Positions 8,279 to 17,797 of a stretch of 64,000 bases of DNA are shown piece after piece. Under the pieces are notes generated by a model, which searched no databases, was not told the origin of the DNA, and worked only from the letters and a program-made list of their open reading frames with translations. This stretch comes from a virus. Each line of letters opens with the position of its first letter. Within the stretch, counting starts at the first letter, position 1. The stretch is taken from IMG/VR virus record IMGVR_UViG_3300025646_008465, positions 12,265 through 76,264 of that record; one strand, given 5' to 3'. The translations under genes and the position numbers were made by a program.

Positions 8279-9493
8279 TTAATAAGTTATTTGTTTATCG
8301 TTATTGTCTTTATTTTTTTTATCTTGTAACATTTTCCAGTAATTAAATCTAGCCATTTCTTCTTGATCTAATACACCGTTATTATTTGTATCAAATTGTT
8401 TCTTATAAATATCAAAAGGATCTTGTTCTTCTAATTCTTTTATTTGTTTTCGTTTTCTCCAACCTGAAATTGATGCTTCTTTGGTTTCTTGGATTTTTTC
8501 TTGTTTAAATTGATTTTCAATATCTGTTAAATCTTCATCTTCTAATTCTTCATCATCCCATTCTTCATCTTCTAAACCATCCATTAAAGTTGAATCCCAC
8601 TCTTTTAACTCATCTTCGGTGTAGATATCAGAACCCTCATTGTCAGATATAATTACCTTTTCACCATAGATATTTTCTTTGGTTTTAGAACGTAATTGTG
8701 CAAAAGCAAAGTTAGCAGCAATTACTAAAGCAATAGCTAAAGGATCAAATACAAAAATAATAATTAAAAGAAGTACATTGATAATTTTATCCATAGACAC
8801 CCCAGTTAATCCTGAAAGGTATTTAAGTGGGCCTAATTCTCCTGCTAAATTATTACCTGTTTTAATTTCTACAATTTCGGATTCGTAATCAAATAATTGA
8901 GTATTTAATTCATCTACTTTGCCATTCAATTCAGTTTGGCGAACAATAGCTTGATCTAATTGTTTTTCAAGTGCTTTACGGGTTGCAGAAGAAGTTGATT
9001 GAATTAATTGACCTTGTGCGTTTGTGTACGATATAACGTTGTTAGATAAACCTTTTCTTAAATCAGCAATGGCTTTATCGGTATTTTCTTTTTCAACGTT
9101 ATAAACGCTTAACTGTTTTTGGACATTATCTCTTTTAGTTTCAACTAATGCTACTTGAGCATCAATTGTTCCTGCTTTATTGGCTGTTTCTTGATAAGCA
9201 GCAGATAAAAAGCCATAAATACCCATTGAGGTAATTAAAATTAATACACCACAAGCAATTGTGAGGTATATTTTTAATACTTTAGGTAAGGTTTTACGAT
9301 ATTGGTATAACAAAGAAGCAATTACTAATTTAGCTACTTCTAATGAAGAAGCCATTATAATAACTGCAAAGGCAGCACCCGCAAAGAGTTTGCTAAGACC
9401 ACTAACTGAATAGAAAGCAGCCGAAGCACTTACTGACAGAGCGGAGAGTGCTATTAAAAACGGAAATATTCTTTCTTGTATTTTCTTTAACAT
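8279..9493 (-). CDS. multi-pass membrane protein with long coiled coil and C-terminal EF-hand-like loop
   Basis: Three N-terminal TM segments, about 120-aa coiled coil, FVFDPLAIAL TM region, acidic tail with DTNNNGVLDQEE; start moved to 9493. Confidence 0.75.
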   Translation of the reverse strand: MLKKIQERIFPFLIALSALSVSASAAFYSVSGLSKLFAGAAFAVIIMASSLEVAKLVIASLLYQYRKTLPKVLKIYLTIACGVLILITSMGIYGFLSAAYQETANKAGTIDAQVALVETKRDNVQKQLSVYNVEKENTDKAIADLRKGLSNNVISYTNAQGQLIQSTSSATRKALEKQLDQAIVRQTELNGKVDELNTQLFDYESEIVEIKTGNNLAGELGPLKYLSGLTGVSMDKIINVLLLIIIFVFDPLAIALVIAANFAFAQLRSKTKENIYGEKVIISDNEGSDIYTEDELKEWDSTLMDGLEDEEWDDEELEDEDLTDIENQFKQEKIQETKEASISGWRKRKQIKELEEQDPFDIYKKQFDTNNNGVLDQEEMARFNYWKMLQDKKNKDNNDKQITY

Positions 9494-9494
9494 T

Positions 9495-10091
9495 TTACTT
9501 ATCTTTTTCAGTGGCATATTTAACACCCATAATAGTACCTATAATACTAAAAGAGTTAGTTAAAAGTATACCAAATAAATTTGACCAAGTGGATTCCAAT
9601 ATAGGATTTTCTTTTCCGGCAACCAAGGTAAAGGCAAAAAGAAGTGTAGTAATTAAACCTACTCCTAAAATTACCCATAAAGCTACTGTAACTATTTTAC
9701 CGATAAGTTCAAATTGAGTTTTCTTTTGCATTAACTCTAAATCCTCTAATGCTTTGCCCATTCCTTTTTCTGCTTCTGCTCGTAACTTTTCAGCTTCCCA
9801 AGTAGCATTTTTTGCTTCTTCTAAAGCAGATTGAAGCTCTCCCATTAAAGTATCATTTTCTTCTTGTTTAGCAACTAATTCTTTATTTTGTTGTTGAACT
9901 TGTTTAGTGACGTCTAATCGTTTTCTGCGAATAGAGATATCTTTTTCTTTACATAATTGAAGGTAGTCCTCAAACTCTTTATCACCTTTAGGGGCTTTAA
10001 GAAGTTTAAGGAAATTACCTTCTACATAGATTTTTTTAGTTTTAGCAACCTCTAGTAGAACATTCCTAGTATGTTCTGTTACTTCAATCAT
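9495..10091 (-). CDS. coiled-coil protein with two C-terminal TM helices
   Basis: Heptad-rich middle region; IVTVALWVILGVGLITTLLFAF and LFGILLTNSFSIIGTIMGV; TAATG-coupled to the receiver gene. Confidence 0.75.
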   Translation of the reverse strand: MIEVTEHTRNVLLEVAKTKKIYVEGNFLKLLKAPKGDKEFEDYLQLCKEKDISIRRKRLDVTKQVQQQNKELVAKQEENDTLMGELQSALEEAKNATWEAEKLRAEAEKGMGKALEDLELMQKKTQFELIGKIVTVALWVILGVGLITTLLFAFTLVAGKENPILESTWSNLFGILLTNSFSIIGTIMGVKYATEKDK

Positions 10092-10528
10092 TATCTATAA
10101 ATTTTAAATGAAGCTGTTTTTGCTTTATAAGCATTATAGTCTTCCATAAACTCCATTAAACGAGGTTCAATATCATCAGACTTTATAATCCAAAACTGTG
10201 CTCCTACAGCTTTAGCTTTATTAATTTCTTCTTCATCCTCTGAAGAGGAAATGATTCCAATTACTACCCCGTCTCCATATTCGTAATTGATTTTTCTAAT
10301 CATTTCGATACCGTCCATAGAAGAACCTATAATATTTAAATCTACAAACACACATTCAGGACGTTCGTGGTTTGGATCATCAGGGAACCATTCTTTAAAT
10401 TTAGCATCAGCTTCATCAGAGCTATCTAAAGCTTCAATAGATAAAGCCATATCCAGAATTGAACATGCATCTTCAAATACTAGATGAAATAAATTTTCAT
10501 CGTCTATTAACATTAATGTGTTAATCAT
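10091..10528 (-). CDS. single-domain response regulator (receiver)
   Basis: LIDDE acidic pocket, VFVDLN phosphoacceptor, MDGIEM, ISSS, IIK; no output domain. Confidence 0.92.
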   Translation of the reverse strand: MINTLMLIDDENLFHLVFEDACSILDMALSIEALDSSDEADAKFKEWFPDDPNHERPECVFVDLNIIGSSMDGIEMIRKINYEYGDGVVIGIISSSEDEEEINKAKAVGAQFWIIKSDDIEPRLMEFMEDYNAYKAKTASFKIYR

Positions 10529-11781
10529 TAGTTTAATTTAATTTTTATTTTAGTACCTTCTTTAACTCTTCCTATAACTATTTCAAAGCCATGTTCCTTA
10601 AGAATTTCAATACAGATATTAAGTCCTAATCCTGTACCTTGTTCTTTTTGGCCTTCTTTTCTTGCATAAGGTTTAGAAAACTCCCAAAATTCTTTTGGAG
10701 TTAATCCACGTCCGTTGTCTTGTATACATATAAAATCTCCTTCAGAATATATTTTAACCCATTTAGTAGGAGCATCATTGTATTTAAGACCATTACGTAT
10801 TAAATTATCAATAGCTGTACAAAATAGTGCTTCATTTACCTGTAAATCTTTAGATAAATTCTTATCTAAAATAACTTGGTTTTTATAAGCTGTAAGGCGT
10901 AAATAATCCTCAAGAATGTTTTTTATATTACACTTAGTTACAGACATTTGAGCATTATTTTTTACTAAATTAGTAAATTCATAAACTCCAGAATATACTT
11001 TTTGGGTATGACTTAATCCATCCTCTATTAATTGTAGTGGAGATTGGATTCTTAATTCATTAATTTGTTCCTCTGTTAATCTTCTTTTTAACGATTTAAT
11101 ACCTCTAGGAATATAAGTATTAATCCCAGAATGCATATCATGTCTAATGATTTTAGCTGCGTGTTCTAAGTAAATACTTTTTTGTTTAACTTCTTCTTCA
11201 GCTTTATGTTGTGTTGTAACATCAACAGCTATTTTAAGTACTTTATGATATTCTCCTTTATCATTTTGTAAAGGAGTATACGTACCAAATAACCATACTG
11301 AGTGTCCATTTTTACCTATACGTTCAAATTCCCCAGAAACAAATTCTCCTTTACGTAATTTTTCCCAGAAAATTTTATATTCTTTACTTGATTTAAAATC
11401 AGCAGTACATAAATTAGAATGTTTGCCATTTAGTATTTCATTTTCTGAGTATCCTACTACATTAAGAAAATTTTGATTAGCTGATAATATAGTACCATCT
11501 ATTCCTAGAGTTACTATTAAATTAGAGTTATTAATTGCTTTTAGTTGGGTATCAATTTTAGCCTCTTTAATTTTAGTTTTATTGAAAAACTCTCTAACTA
11601 CTACAAAGAAAGGAGGCATAAATGATATAACAGATAGCCACTCAAAATAATGTGTAAATGTAGAATGATGAATGTACCTAAATACTACTAGTGTTTTAAA
11701 TACAAAAAACACTAGCATAATTAAAGTTGCTACAAGTAGACAGATTCTACTTCTTATAGATATACCTTCTAAAGCTGACAT
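10528..11781 (-). CDS. membrane PAS-domain sensor histidine kinase
   Basis: Two TM helices, PAS/PAC (ANQNFLNVVGYS...FWEKLRKGE...DVT), H-box IRHDMHS, N-box NLIRNGLKY, G1 DNGRGL, G2 GTGLGL. Confidence 0.93.
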   Translation of the reverse strand: MSALEGISIRSRICLLVATLIMLVFFVFKTLVVFRYIHHSTFTHYFEWLSVISFMPPFFVVVREFFNKTKIKEAKIDTQLKAINNSNLIVTLGIDGTILSANQNFLNVVGYSENEILNGKHSNLCTADFKSSKEYKIFWEKLRKGEFVSGEFERIGKNGHSVWLFGTYTPLQNDKGEYHKVLKIAVDVTTQHKAEEEVKQKSIYLEHAAKIIRHDMHSGINTYIPRGIKSLKRRLTEEQINELRIQSPLQLIEDGLSHTQKVYSGVYEFTNLVKNNAQMSVTKCNIKNILEDYLRLTAYKNQVILDKNLSKDLQVNEALFCTAIDNLIRNGLKYNDAPTKWVKIYSEGDFICIQDNGRGLTPKEFWEFSKPYARKEGQKEQGTGLGLNICIEILKEHGFEIVIGRVKEGTKIKIKLN

Positions 11782-11957
11782 TTCTTGAGACCAAGTTTTT
11801 CGAAGACCCATTTAGAGGGACAAAACTTGGTCCAAACACCAACATTAAGCATAACAATTACAAATAATATAACCCACCAATTTTGGAAAAGTGCCCCAGC
11901 AAATAATACTAAAGACATTAAAAGATAAACCGCTCTAATAGAAGTCCAATTTTTCAT
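11769..11957 (-). CDS. DUF2892/YgaP-like small membrane protein
   Basis: Two TM helices followed by FCP...KLG. Confidence 0.65.
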   Translation of the reverse strand: MKNWTSIRAVYLLMSLVLFAGALFQNWWVILFVIVMLNVGVWTKFCPSKWVFEKLGLKKCQL

Positions 11958-11959
11958 AA

Positions 11960-12073
11960 TTAATTCATTGAAATAGTTTGTATAAAAGCAACTTTAAGAC
12001 GAATCCAAACTCTATTCCAAAATGGAAGTGCTTTAAATTCATCAGTATTAAAAATATCTTCTAATTCTTTCAT
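11960..12073 (-). CDS. 37-aa protein (not in the ORF track)
   Basis: MKELEDIFNTDEFKALPFWNRVWIRLKVAFIQTISMN; TAATG-coupled to the amidase and fills the gap exactly. Confidence 0.6.
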   Translation of the reverse strand: MKELEDIFNTDEFKALPFWNRVWIRLKVAFIQTISMN

Positions 12074-12993
12074 TATAAACTTGTTAACATATCCATCAAT
12101 TCTTGTTGAGGGAACATATCAACTTTATCTTTACGAGTATTAGTATGAGTCCACAAACCTTTTACTTTTCCGTAATATGCATTTTCATTAAATTCAAAAG
12201 CATCAGCACCTTTTTCTTTAATTAAAGCAGGTAAACCAGCTCTTACATCAATACCATCTCTTTCAGCAATCCAAAGAATCCAATCTTTTAATACTTCAAT
12301 CTGTTTATCAGAATAACGATGCCATAATGAATGACCTCTGAATGGTTTAGCTAGTTTAACTATTTCAGAATCAGCTACTTTAGCACCAGCATAAGTTTTA
12401 CCATCTACAACATACCCAAAATTACATACTTCAATTCCTACTGAATTTTTATGCATTGTTTGGGATCCGTTTTTGCCTAAATGATATCCCCAATTTCCTT
12501 CTGGGAATGCTTGTACTAAAACACCATCATATTGGTTATCATCTCCTTTACATGAAGGGCCACCTAATACAAATTCAGTTGCAATTTTACCAATTTTATC
12601 AGCATCCCATGCTTTAATTGTATTGAATGGATTATGCCAACCTGCTGTGTGGTGTAAAAATAACCATTCTGCTTTAATAGGACCTGCTAAATACTCATCA
12701 GTAGGCATAAAATATTCAATTACTTCTAAACCATTTTTAGTAACATACTTATTTTTAGTATAAACCCCTGATTTTTTAGCTTCAGTAATTATTCGGGATA
12801 CATCGGTGTCTAATAAACCCATTTTTGATAATGTGCTAGGGCCTACGATACCATCAGCAGTTAATCCGTGAGCTGCTTGCCATTTTTTAACAGCAGCTTC
12901 AGTGCCGGGGCCGAAATCACCATCTGCTTTTACTCCAATTACTTCTTGGATATCTTTTACTAATTCTCCTTTAGAGCCAATTTTAATCAACAT
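12073..12993 (-). CDS. endolysin: PG-binding domain plus N-acetylmuramoyl-L-alanine amidase
   Basis: ADGDFGPGT/ADGIVGPST PG_binding_1 repeats; LHHTAG, SVGIEV, HTNTRKDKVD amidase_2 motifs; start moved to 12993. Confidence 0.9.
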   Translation of the reverse strand: MLIKIGSKGELVKDIQEVIGVKADGDFGPGTEAAVKKWQAAHGLTADGIVGPSTLSKMGLLDTDVSRIITEAKKSGVYTKNKYVTKNGLEVIEYFMPTDEYLAGPIKAEWLFLHHTAGWHNPFNTIKAWDADKIGKIATEFVLGGPSCKGDDNQYDGVLVQAFPEGNWGYHLGKNGSQTMHKNSVGIEVCNFGYVVDGKTYAGAKVADSEIVKLAKPFRGHSLWHRYSDKQIEVLKDWILWIAERDGIDVRAGLPALIKEKGADAFEFNENAYYGKVKGLWTHTNTRKDKVDMFPQQELMDMLTSL

Positions 12994-13207
12994 TTTCTTC
13001 TTTTTTAGATTTGGGAACAAATTTTTCAACAACAGTACCAAATACAGTTGCTATTGTTAAATATTCTACTGCTGCTACTGCTTCTTCTTTATGTACTTCA
13101 CTACAAGTAAATAAAAATACTACTAGTGAAAGAAAGCCAATGGTACCAAGCACACGTTTGTGCGAGGTACCTTCGTTATTGGCAAACATATTTTTAAAAA
13201 AATTCAT
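12983..13207 (-). CDS. small two-TM membrane protein, holin candidate
   Basis: SHKRV then two hydrophobic helices and a charged tail; directly upstream of the endolysin. Confidence 0.6.
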   Translation of the reverse strand: MNFFKNMFANNEGTSHKRVLGTIGFLSLVVFLFTCSEVHKEEAVAAVEYLTIATVFGTVVEKFVPKSKKEENVD

Positions 13208-13210
13208 GGT

Positions 13211-13372
13211 TTATTTTTTAATTAAAACAGACCACAAACCACCTACTAAAGTGATTAAAGCACCACTTAATTCAACAAAAGTGCTTTCATCTACTAAACC
13301 TTTGGCCACTAAAATACCACCTAAAAAGGTTAACGAGTGACGCAATACACCTAATACTTGTTCTTTATTCAT
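13211..13372 (-). CDS. small two-TM holin-like protein (53 aa, not in the ORF track)
   Basis: MNKEQVLGVLRHSLTFLGGILVAKGLVDESTFVELSGALITLVGGLWSVLIKK. Confidence 0.75.
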   Translation of the reverse strand: MNKEQVLGVLRHSLTFLGGILVAKGLVDESTFVELSGALITLVGGLWSVLIKK

Positions 13373-13395
13373 AATGTAAAAATTTAAATTGTGAT

Positions 13396-13403
13396 TATAA
13401 ATA
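13396..13403 (-). promoter_or_regulatory. putative late promoter TATTTATA of the lysis/sensor operon
   Basis: Recurrent motif, 24 nt upstream of the ATG and just downstream of a terminator. Confidence 0.7.
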
Positions 13404-13405
13404 TT

Positions 13406-13429
13406 AAAAAAGGGCGCACATGCGCCCTT
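13406..13429 (-). terminator. intrinsic terminator
   Basis: AGGGCGC/GCGCCCT stem with U run on the minus strand. Confidence 0.8.
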
Positions 13430-13462
13430 CTTAATCTAAAATGGAAATTTTGTATAAATTAT

Positions 13463-13672
13463 TTATTTTAATAAACCTTTTACCCAAGATTTTACAATAT
13501 CCCAGTTACGAGTTGCAAATACACCAAACGCAAATCCAGCGTAAACTTTGTAACCAAAGGCCCATAAAAATAAACCTGCGATGAGGCCTAATACGCCTTC
13601 AATTCCATTTGCTACAATCCAATTTTTTACAATAGTAAAAATAGATTTGATAAAATTTAATACACTTTTCAT
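13463..13672 (-). CDS. small membrane protein
   Basis: Hydrophobic core with amphipathic ends; late motif at 13696-13703. Confidence 0.7.
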   Translation of the reverse strand: MKSVLNFIKSIFTIVKNWIVANGIEGVLGLIAGLFLWAFGYKVYAGFAFGVFATRNWDIVKSWVKGLLK

Positions 13673-13706
13673 AATAATTTAGTTTTGTTGTACGTTATAA
13701 ATATTA

Positions 13707-15416
13707 TTAACCATCACAAGACACACAATCTACAGTTCTTGAACCAAGATCTCCTTTAATTACTGAATCAGTGCGCAAATAATAAAGTGTTTTTATTCCT
13801 AACTTCCATGCTTCTAAGTGAACCTGATTAATCCATCTTGGTGAGTCTGTAGGATCAAAACTTAAATTTAATGATTGGGTTTGATCAATATACTGTTGAC
13901 GAATAGCTGCCTGTTGAACTAAGGCTAATTGATTAATTTCGGGGAATGTTAAGAAAATTTCTTTTTCATCCTCTGTTAAAATATCATTAGATAAATTTTG
14001 CACTGAGCCATTGTCGGCTAAGATTTGGTCCCATACTTTACTATTGTTTTTACCTTTAGCTTCTAATACGGTTTCTAATTCAGGATTTTTAACAATAAAT
14101 GTTCCTTTAGCACCATTAAACACATAAACGTTTGCTGGTTGGGGTTCAATACCGGCTGAACATGAATTGATGCGTGAGTTAGATACAGTAGGAGCAATAG
14201 CTAACAGGTGTGTATTACGCATACCCGTTCCTTTACACCAAAGTGGCTCACCATATTCAATTGCTAGTTTACGTGAAGCAGCATCAGCTTGTACTTTAAT
14301 TTGGCTAAAAATAGTATGTGTCCAAGCTGTTGAAGCAATTGAGTTAAATGGTAAGTTTTTCTGTTGTAGAAAAGTATGCCAACCCATTACACCCAAACCA
14401 AGTGCACGACCTTTTTTAGCATGGCGATGCGAGCGAATCATTGAATCTTTACCATTAGTTTTTTCAATAAATTCTTCCATAATACCATCAAGGAAGTAAA
14501 CAGCAGTTTCAACTAAATCAGTGTTCTTCCACTCATCATACTTAGCTAGGTTAAGTGAAGATAAACAACAAATAAATGAATGTTCCTCATCTGTATGAAG
14601 AGTAATTTCAGTACAGATGTTAGTCATAGAAACATTTAGGTTATTCATTCTATAACCAAGAGGGTTATCTTTATTTACATTATCTTTAAACATAATGTAA
14701 GGTTCACCTGTTTCAACACGTGATTTAAGAATCTCTAACCACAAAGACATAGCTTCGCTATCTCGGTCTTGAAGGCGATTCATAAACTTATCATCAACAA
14801 CTACACATTGGTGTAGATTCAAACATTGTCTATTTGGATCACCTTTAGGACGACGAATTTGCAAAAATTCATGTATATCAGGATGATTAATGTCTAGGTT
14901 TACAGATGCTGCTCCTCTACGTACTGAACCTTGGTTGGTTGCAATAATTGTAGAATCATAAATTTTAGCCCAAGGTACTACGCCTTCTGATTTGCCGTTT
15001 CCTCTAATAGGTTCTCCTCTACCTCTAATTTTAGAAAGTGAGATGCCAACACCACCACCATAGGACGTAAGTCGCATAAGTTCAGCATTGGTAAGACCAA
15101 TTCCCCTAATCGAATCAGGAGTATCGATGCCAAAACAAGAGATGGGAAGGCCCCTATCAGTACCAGTGTTAGATAAAACAGGACTTGCCAAACCGATCCA
15201 CCCATTCCAAATGTATTTAAAAAATTTATTTTCTAAATCAGGACGATTTAAACGCATTGCTACTGCATGAGCAACTCGTCTATATGCCTTACGAGGAGTT
15301 TCCCCGGGCAATAAATACCCTTTAGAAATAGTAGACAAAGCTACTTCATCCATGTACTCTGGGAAGTCTTTACCACGTTCCCAAGTTGTGTAATCTGCTA
15401 TTAAATTATTGTCCAT
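13707..15416 (-). CDS. nrdA: ribonucleotide reductase class I alpha subunit (no ATP cone)
   Basis: ISCF, GGGVG, TNICTEI, LGLGVMG, IAPT, DQTQSLN, KTLYY, C-terminal CVSC. Confidence 0.96.
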   Translation of the reverse strand: MDNNLIADYTTWERGKDFPEYMDEVALSTISKGYLLPGETPRKAYRRVAHAVAMRLNRPDLENKFFKYIWNGWIGLASPVLSNTGTDRGLPISCFGIDTPDSIRGIGLTNAELMRLTSYGGGVGISLSKIRGRGEPIRGNGKSEGVVPWAKIYDSTIIATNQGSVRRGAASVNLDINHPDIHEFLQIRRPKGDPNRQCLNLHQCVVVDDKFMNRLQDRDSEAMSLWLEILKSRVETGEPYIMFKDNVNKDNPLGYRMNNLNVSMTNICTEITLHTDEEHSFICCLSSLNLAKYDEWKNTDLVETAVYFLDGIMEEFIEKTNGKDSMIRSHRHAKKGRALGLGVMGWHTFLQQKNLPFNSIASTAWTHTIFSQIKVQADAASRKLAIEYGEPLWCKGTGMRNTHLLAIAPTVSNSRINSCSAGIEPQPANVYVFNGAKGTFIVKNPELETVLEAKGKNNSKVWDQILADNGSVQNLSNDILTEDEKEIFLTFPEINQLALVQQAAIRQQYIDQTQSLNLSFDPTDSPRWINQVHLEAWKLGIKTLYYLRTDSVIKGDLGSRTVDCVSCDG

Positions 15417-15419
15417 AAA

Positions 15420-16409
15420 TTAAAAAATTGCGGCGGCGTCCCATTCCATGTGACCCTTTGAATAGTTAGTAACACGATTTGCAAAAAAGTCGGTATGTTG
15501 TTTACCTGCTGATAAAGCATCAAACCACTTCATTCTATCAACTGCTGTTAAATCAACATCAGTAATAATTGGTCTATAACCTAAGTCACCCAATTTTGTA
15601 TTTACTCGGTTTTTAATAAAGTTTTGCAAGTCGTACTTATTACATTGTTCTAAATCACCAAGTTCATAAACTTTGTTAATAAAATCAAGTTCAAGTTTAA
15701 GAGATAGTAAAGCTGCTTCATTAATTGCTGCTTCTAATTCTGGGGTTTTTACTTCGGGGTGCTCATTAATTAAAGTTCTAAATAACCAACAACCTGCTTC
15801 GGAGTGCATTGATTCGTCTCTAATAGACCATTCAACAATTTGACCTACACCCTTAAGTTTATTTTGCATCTTGAATGATAATAATACGGCAAATGAACTA
15901 AACAAATTTACACCTTCAGTAAATGCTGAAAAGATGGCAAGTGATTTAGCGATTTCATGAATATTTTTTTCACCATTAAAACTGTCTCTAACTGTAGTAA
16001 GAGCTTCAATTTTTGCCATTGTAGCTTCATCTTCAAGAAACTCATCAAAGTTTTCAAGTCCTAAGGTTTCATTTAATAAAGAATATGCTTCAGCGTGGAT
16101 TGTTTCAAATGCGCCGAAAGTAGTAGCCATCATTATCACCTCAGGTTTACGAAACCATTTAGTTACCAACCCAGACCAGTAATCATTAACAATTGTTTCA
16201 GTTTGAGCAAATCCTTTTAGGATTGAACCCACAATATTTTTTTCAGTTTCATTTAAATTTTGTTTCCAATCATTTAAATCACTCATCATTGGTACTTCTG
16301 TATGTAACCAGTGTGCTTGTTGTTGTTTTAGCCAATACTCATATGCTTCTTGATATTCAAATGGTTTGTAAACAATGCGTTCTTGCAATAAAGATTTCTT
16401 TTTTGCCAT
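15420..16409 (-). CDS. nrdB: ribonucleotide reductase class I beta subunit
   Basis: ETIHAEAY, FTEG, RDESMH, DFF...Y. Confidence 0.96.
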   Translation of the reverse strand: MAKKKSLLQERIVYKPFEYQEAYEYWLKQQQAHWLHTEVPMMSDLNDWKQNLNETEKNIVGSILKGFAQTETIVNDYWSGLVTKWFRKPEVIMMATTFGAFETIHAEAYSLLNETLGLENFDEFLEDEATMAKIEALTTVRDSFNGEKNIHEIAKSLAIFSAFTEGVNLFSSFAVLLSFKMQNKLKGVGQIVEWSIRDESMHSEAGCWLFRTLINEHPEVKTPELEAAINEAALLSLKLELDFINKVYELGDLEQCNKYDLQNFIKNRVNTKLGDLGYRPIITDVDLTAVDRMKWFDALSAGKQHTDFFANRVTNYSKGHMEWDAAAIF

Positions 16410-16430
16410 TTTTAGTTTAATGTTAATAAG

Positions 16431-17792
16431 TTATGAATTTAATTCAAAAAATTTGTTAGCCAACAACTTCTTATCAAAGTTATCAAAAGAGTCGTAACTA
16501 TTTGAGTTAGAACTAGGAGTTGATTCTTCATCATTATCAGGTGCGTCTGTAATTTCGAAATGCCCGGTAGAAGTGTCTGCATTTAAATAGAACGTTAAGC
16601 CGTCCATACCATACCTGTTTTTCATAATGTGGAATCTACCTGTGTTCTTCACTTTATCTTCTTTTTTACGTGAAAGAGATATAGCCACATCGGTAATCAT
16701 GATTTTATCATAAGAACCGGCCGCTTTATCACCTTCAATTACGTCATCTTTTGCACCAGCTCGATTTACCTGTGAAACACTCCAAATAGGAACATTTAAC
16801 TCACGTGCTAAACCTTTAGTGCTAATATAAATATCATCCAGTTCTCCCTTACGGTCTATAGTTCTTTTTCTTGTTGAAAGAAGGTCAACATAGTCAATAA
16901 TTACTAGGTCAGGTTTAATACCTAAGTCAATTAATTTATTAATATGAGATTCAATCGTTGAAATTGTTGCTTTACCTGTAGGGAATTCTTTAATTACAAG
17001 TTCACCAGGTAGTTGGGGAATAACTTCGTCAACTTTACTTCGGTTTTCTGTAATTTTATTTACTGGTGTTTTAGTGAAGAAAGCATCATAGCGACGACCT
17101 ACATAATCTTCACCTAACTCGAGTGTATAATGCACTACGTTAAATCCTAAACGCACAGCATAACCACCCAATGCAACTAGTGACCAAGACTTACCACCTC
17201 CTGGATTACCAAATATGAGACCAAAATCTCCATTTCCCAATCCGCCTTGGAGTAAGTCATTAATAGTTTCCCAAGGTGTTGGGATAACGATTCGGTGATC
17301 TTCTCTATAACGAGATTCAATGTCTTTATTATATTCATGTCCTACATTTTTATCTTGACCTGCTTTCATTGCTGACTCAATCATGAATTTGATAGAATCA
17401 TAATCTCCAGCTTTAAGTAAATCTACACTACTAAGTAATGCTTTTTTTAATTGTTGATTTTTGCAAAATGTAGAAAATTCTTCTTGCACATAAGCCAAAT
17501 CATCTTCAGATGCTTGATATGCCTCACGTAGTTGTTCTTTAACAGCTACTTTAAGTACTTCATTTTCTACTTTCTTTAATTCTACCTTCAAAATATCCAT
17601 TGAAGGTGTTGTATGGTATTTTTCGTAATACTTAAGAATTTCCTTAATAATCCATTTATGAGCTTGATTGTCCCAATACTCATCACTGATAATATCATGG
17701 ATATTAACAAGGAATTCTTTGTGTGTAAGCAATGATGAAATTACCTTAATTTGAAAGGCAGGCCCATATTGCTGGAGATTTACTAATGTCAT
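16431..17792 (-). CDS. replicative DnaB/gp41-like helicase
   Basis: GNPGGGKS Walker A, TLEL, IIDYVD, SQVNR, KNRYG. Confidence 0.93.
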   Translation of the reverse strand: MTLVNLQQYGPAFQIKVISSLLTHKEFLVNIHDIISDEYWDNQAHKWIIKEILKYYEKYHTTPSMDILKVELKKVENEVLKVAVKEQLREAYQASEDDLAYVQEEFSTFCKNQQLKKALLSSVDLLKAGDYDSIKFMIESAMKAGQDKNVGHEYNKDIESRYREDHRIVIPTPWETINDLLQGGLGNGDFGLIFGNPGGGKSWSLVALGGYAVRLGFNVVHYTLELGEDYVGRRYDAFFTKTPVNKITENRSKVDEVIPQLPGELVIKEFPTGKATISTIESHINKLIDLGIKPDLVIIDYVDLLSTRKRTIDRKGELDDIYISTKGLARELNVPIWSVSQVNRAGAKDDVIEGDKAAGSYDKIMITDVAISLSRKKEDKVKNTGRFHIMKNRYGMDGLTFYLNADTSTGHFEITDAPDNDEESTPSSNSNSYDSFDNFDKKLLANKFFELNS

Positions 17793-17797
17793 ATAAC

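Noticed and set aside
13011-13340. 109-aa plus-strand ORF
   Set aside because: Antisense to two better-supported holin-like genes
14167-16420. Short overlapping or antisense ORFs in nrdA/nrdB; intron or intein in RNR
   Set aside because: Both subunits are continuous and compact; the extra ORFs have no motifs
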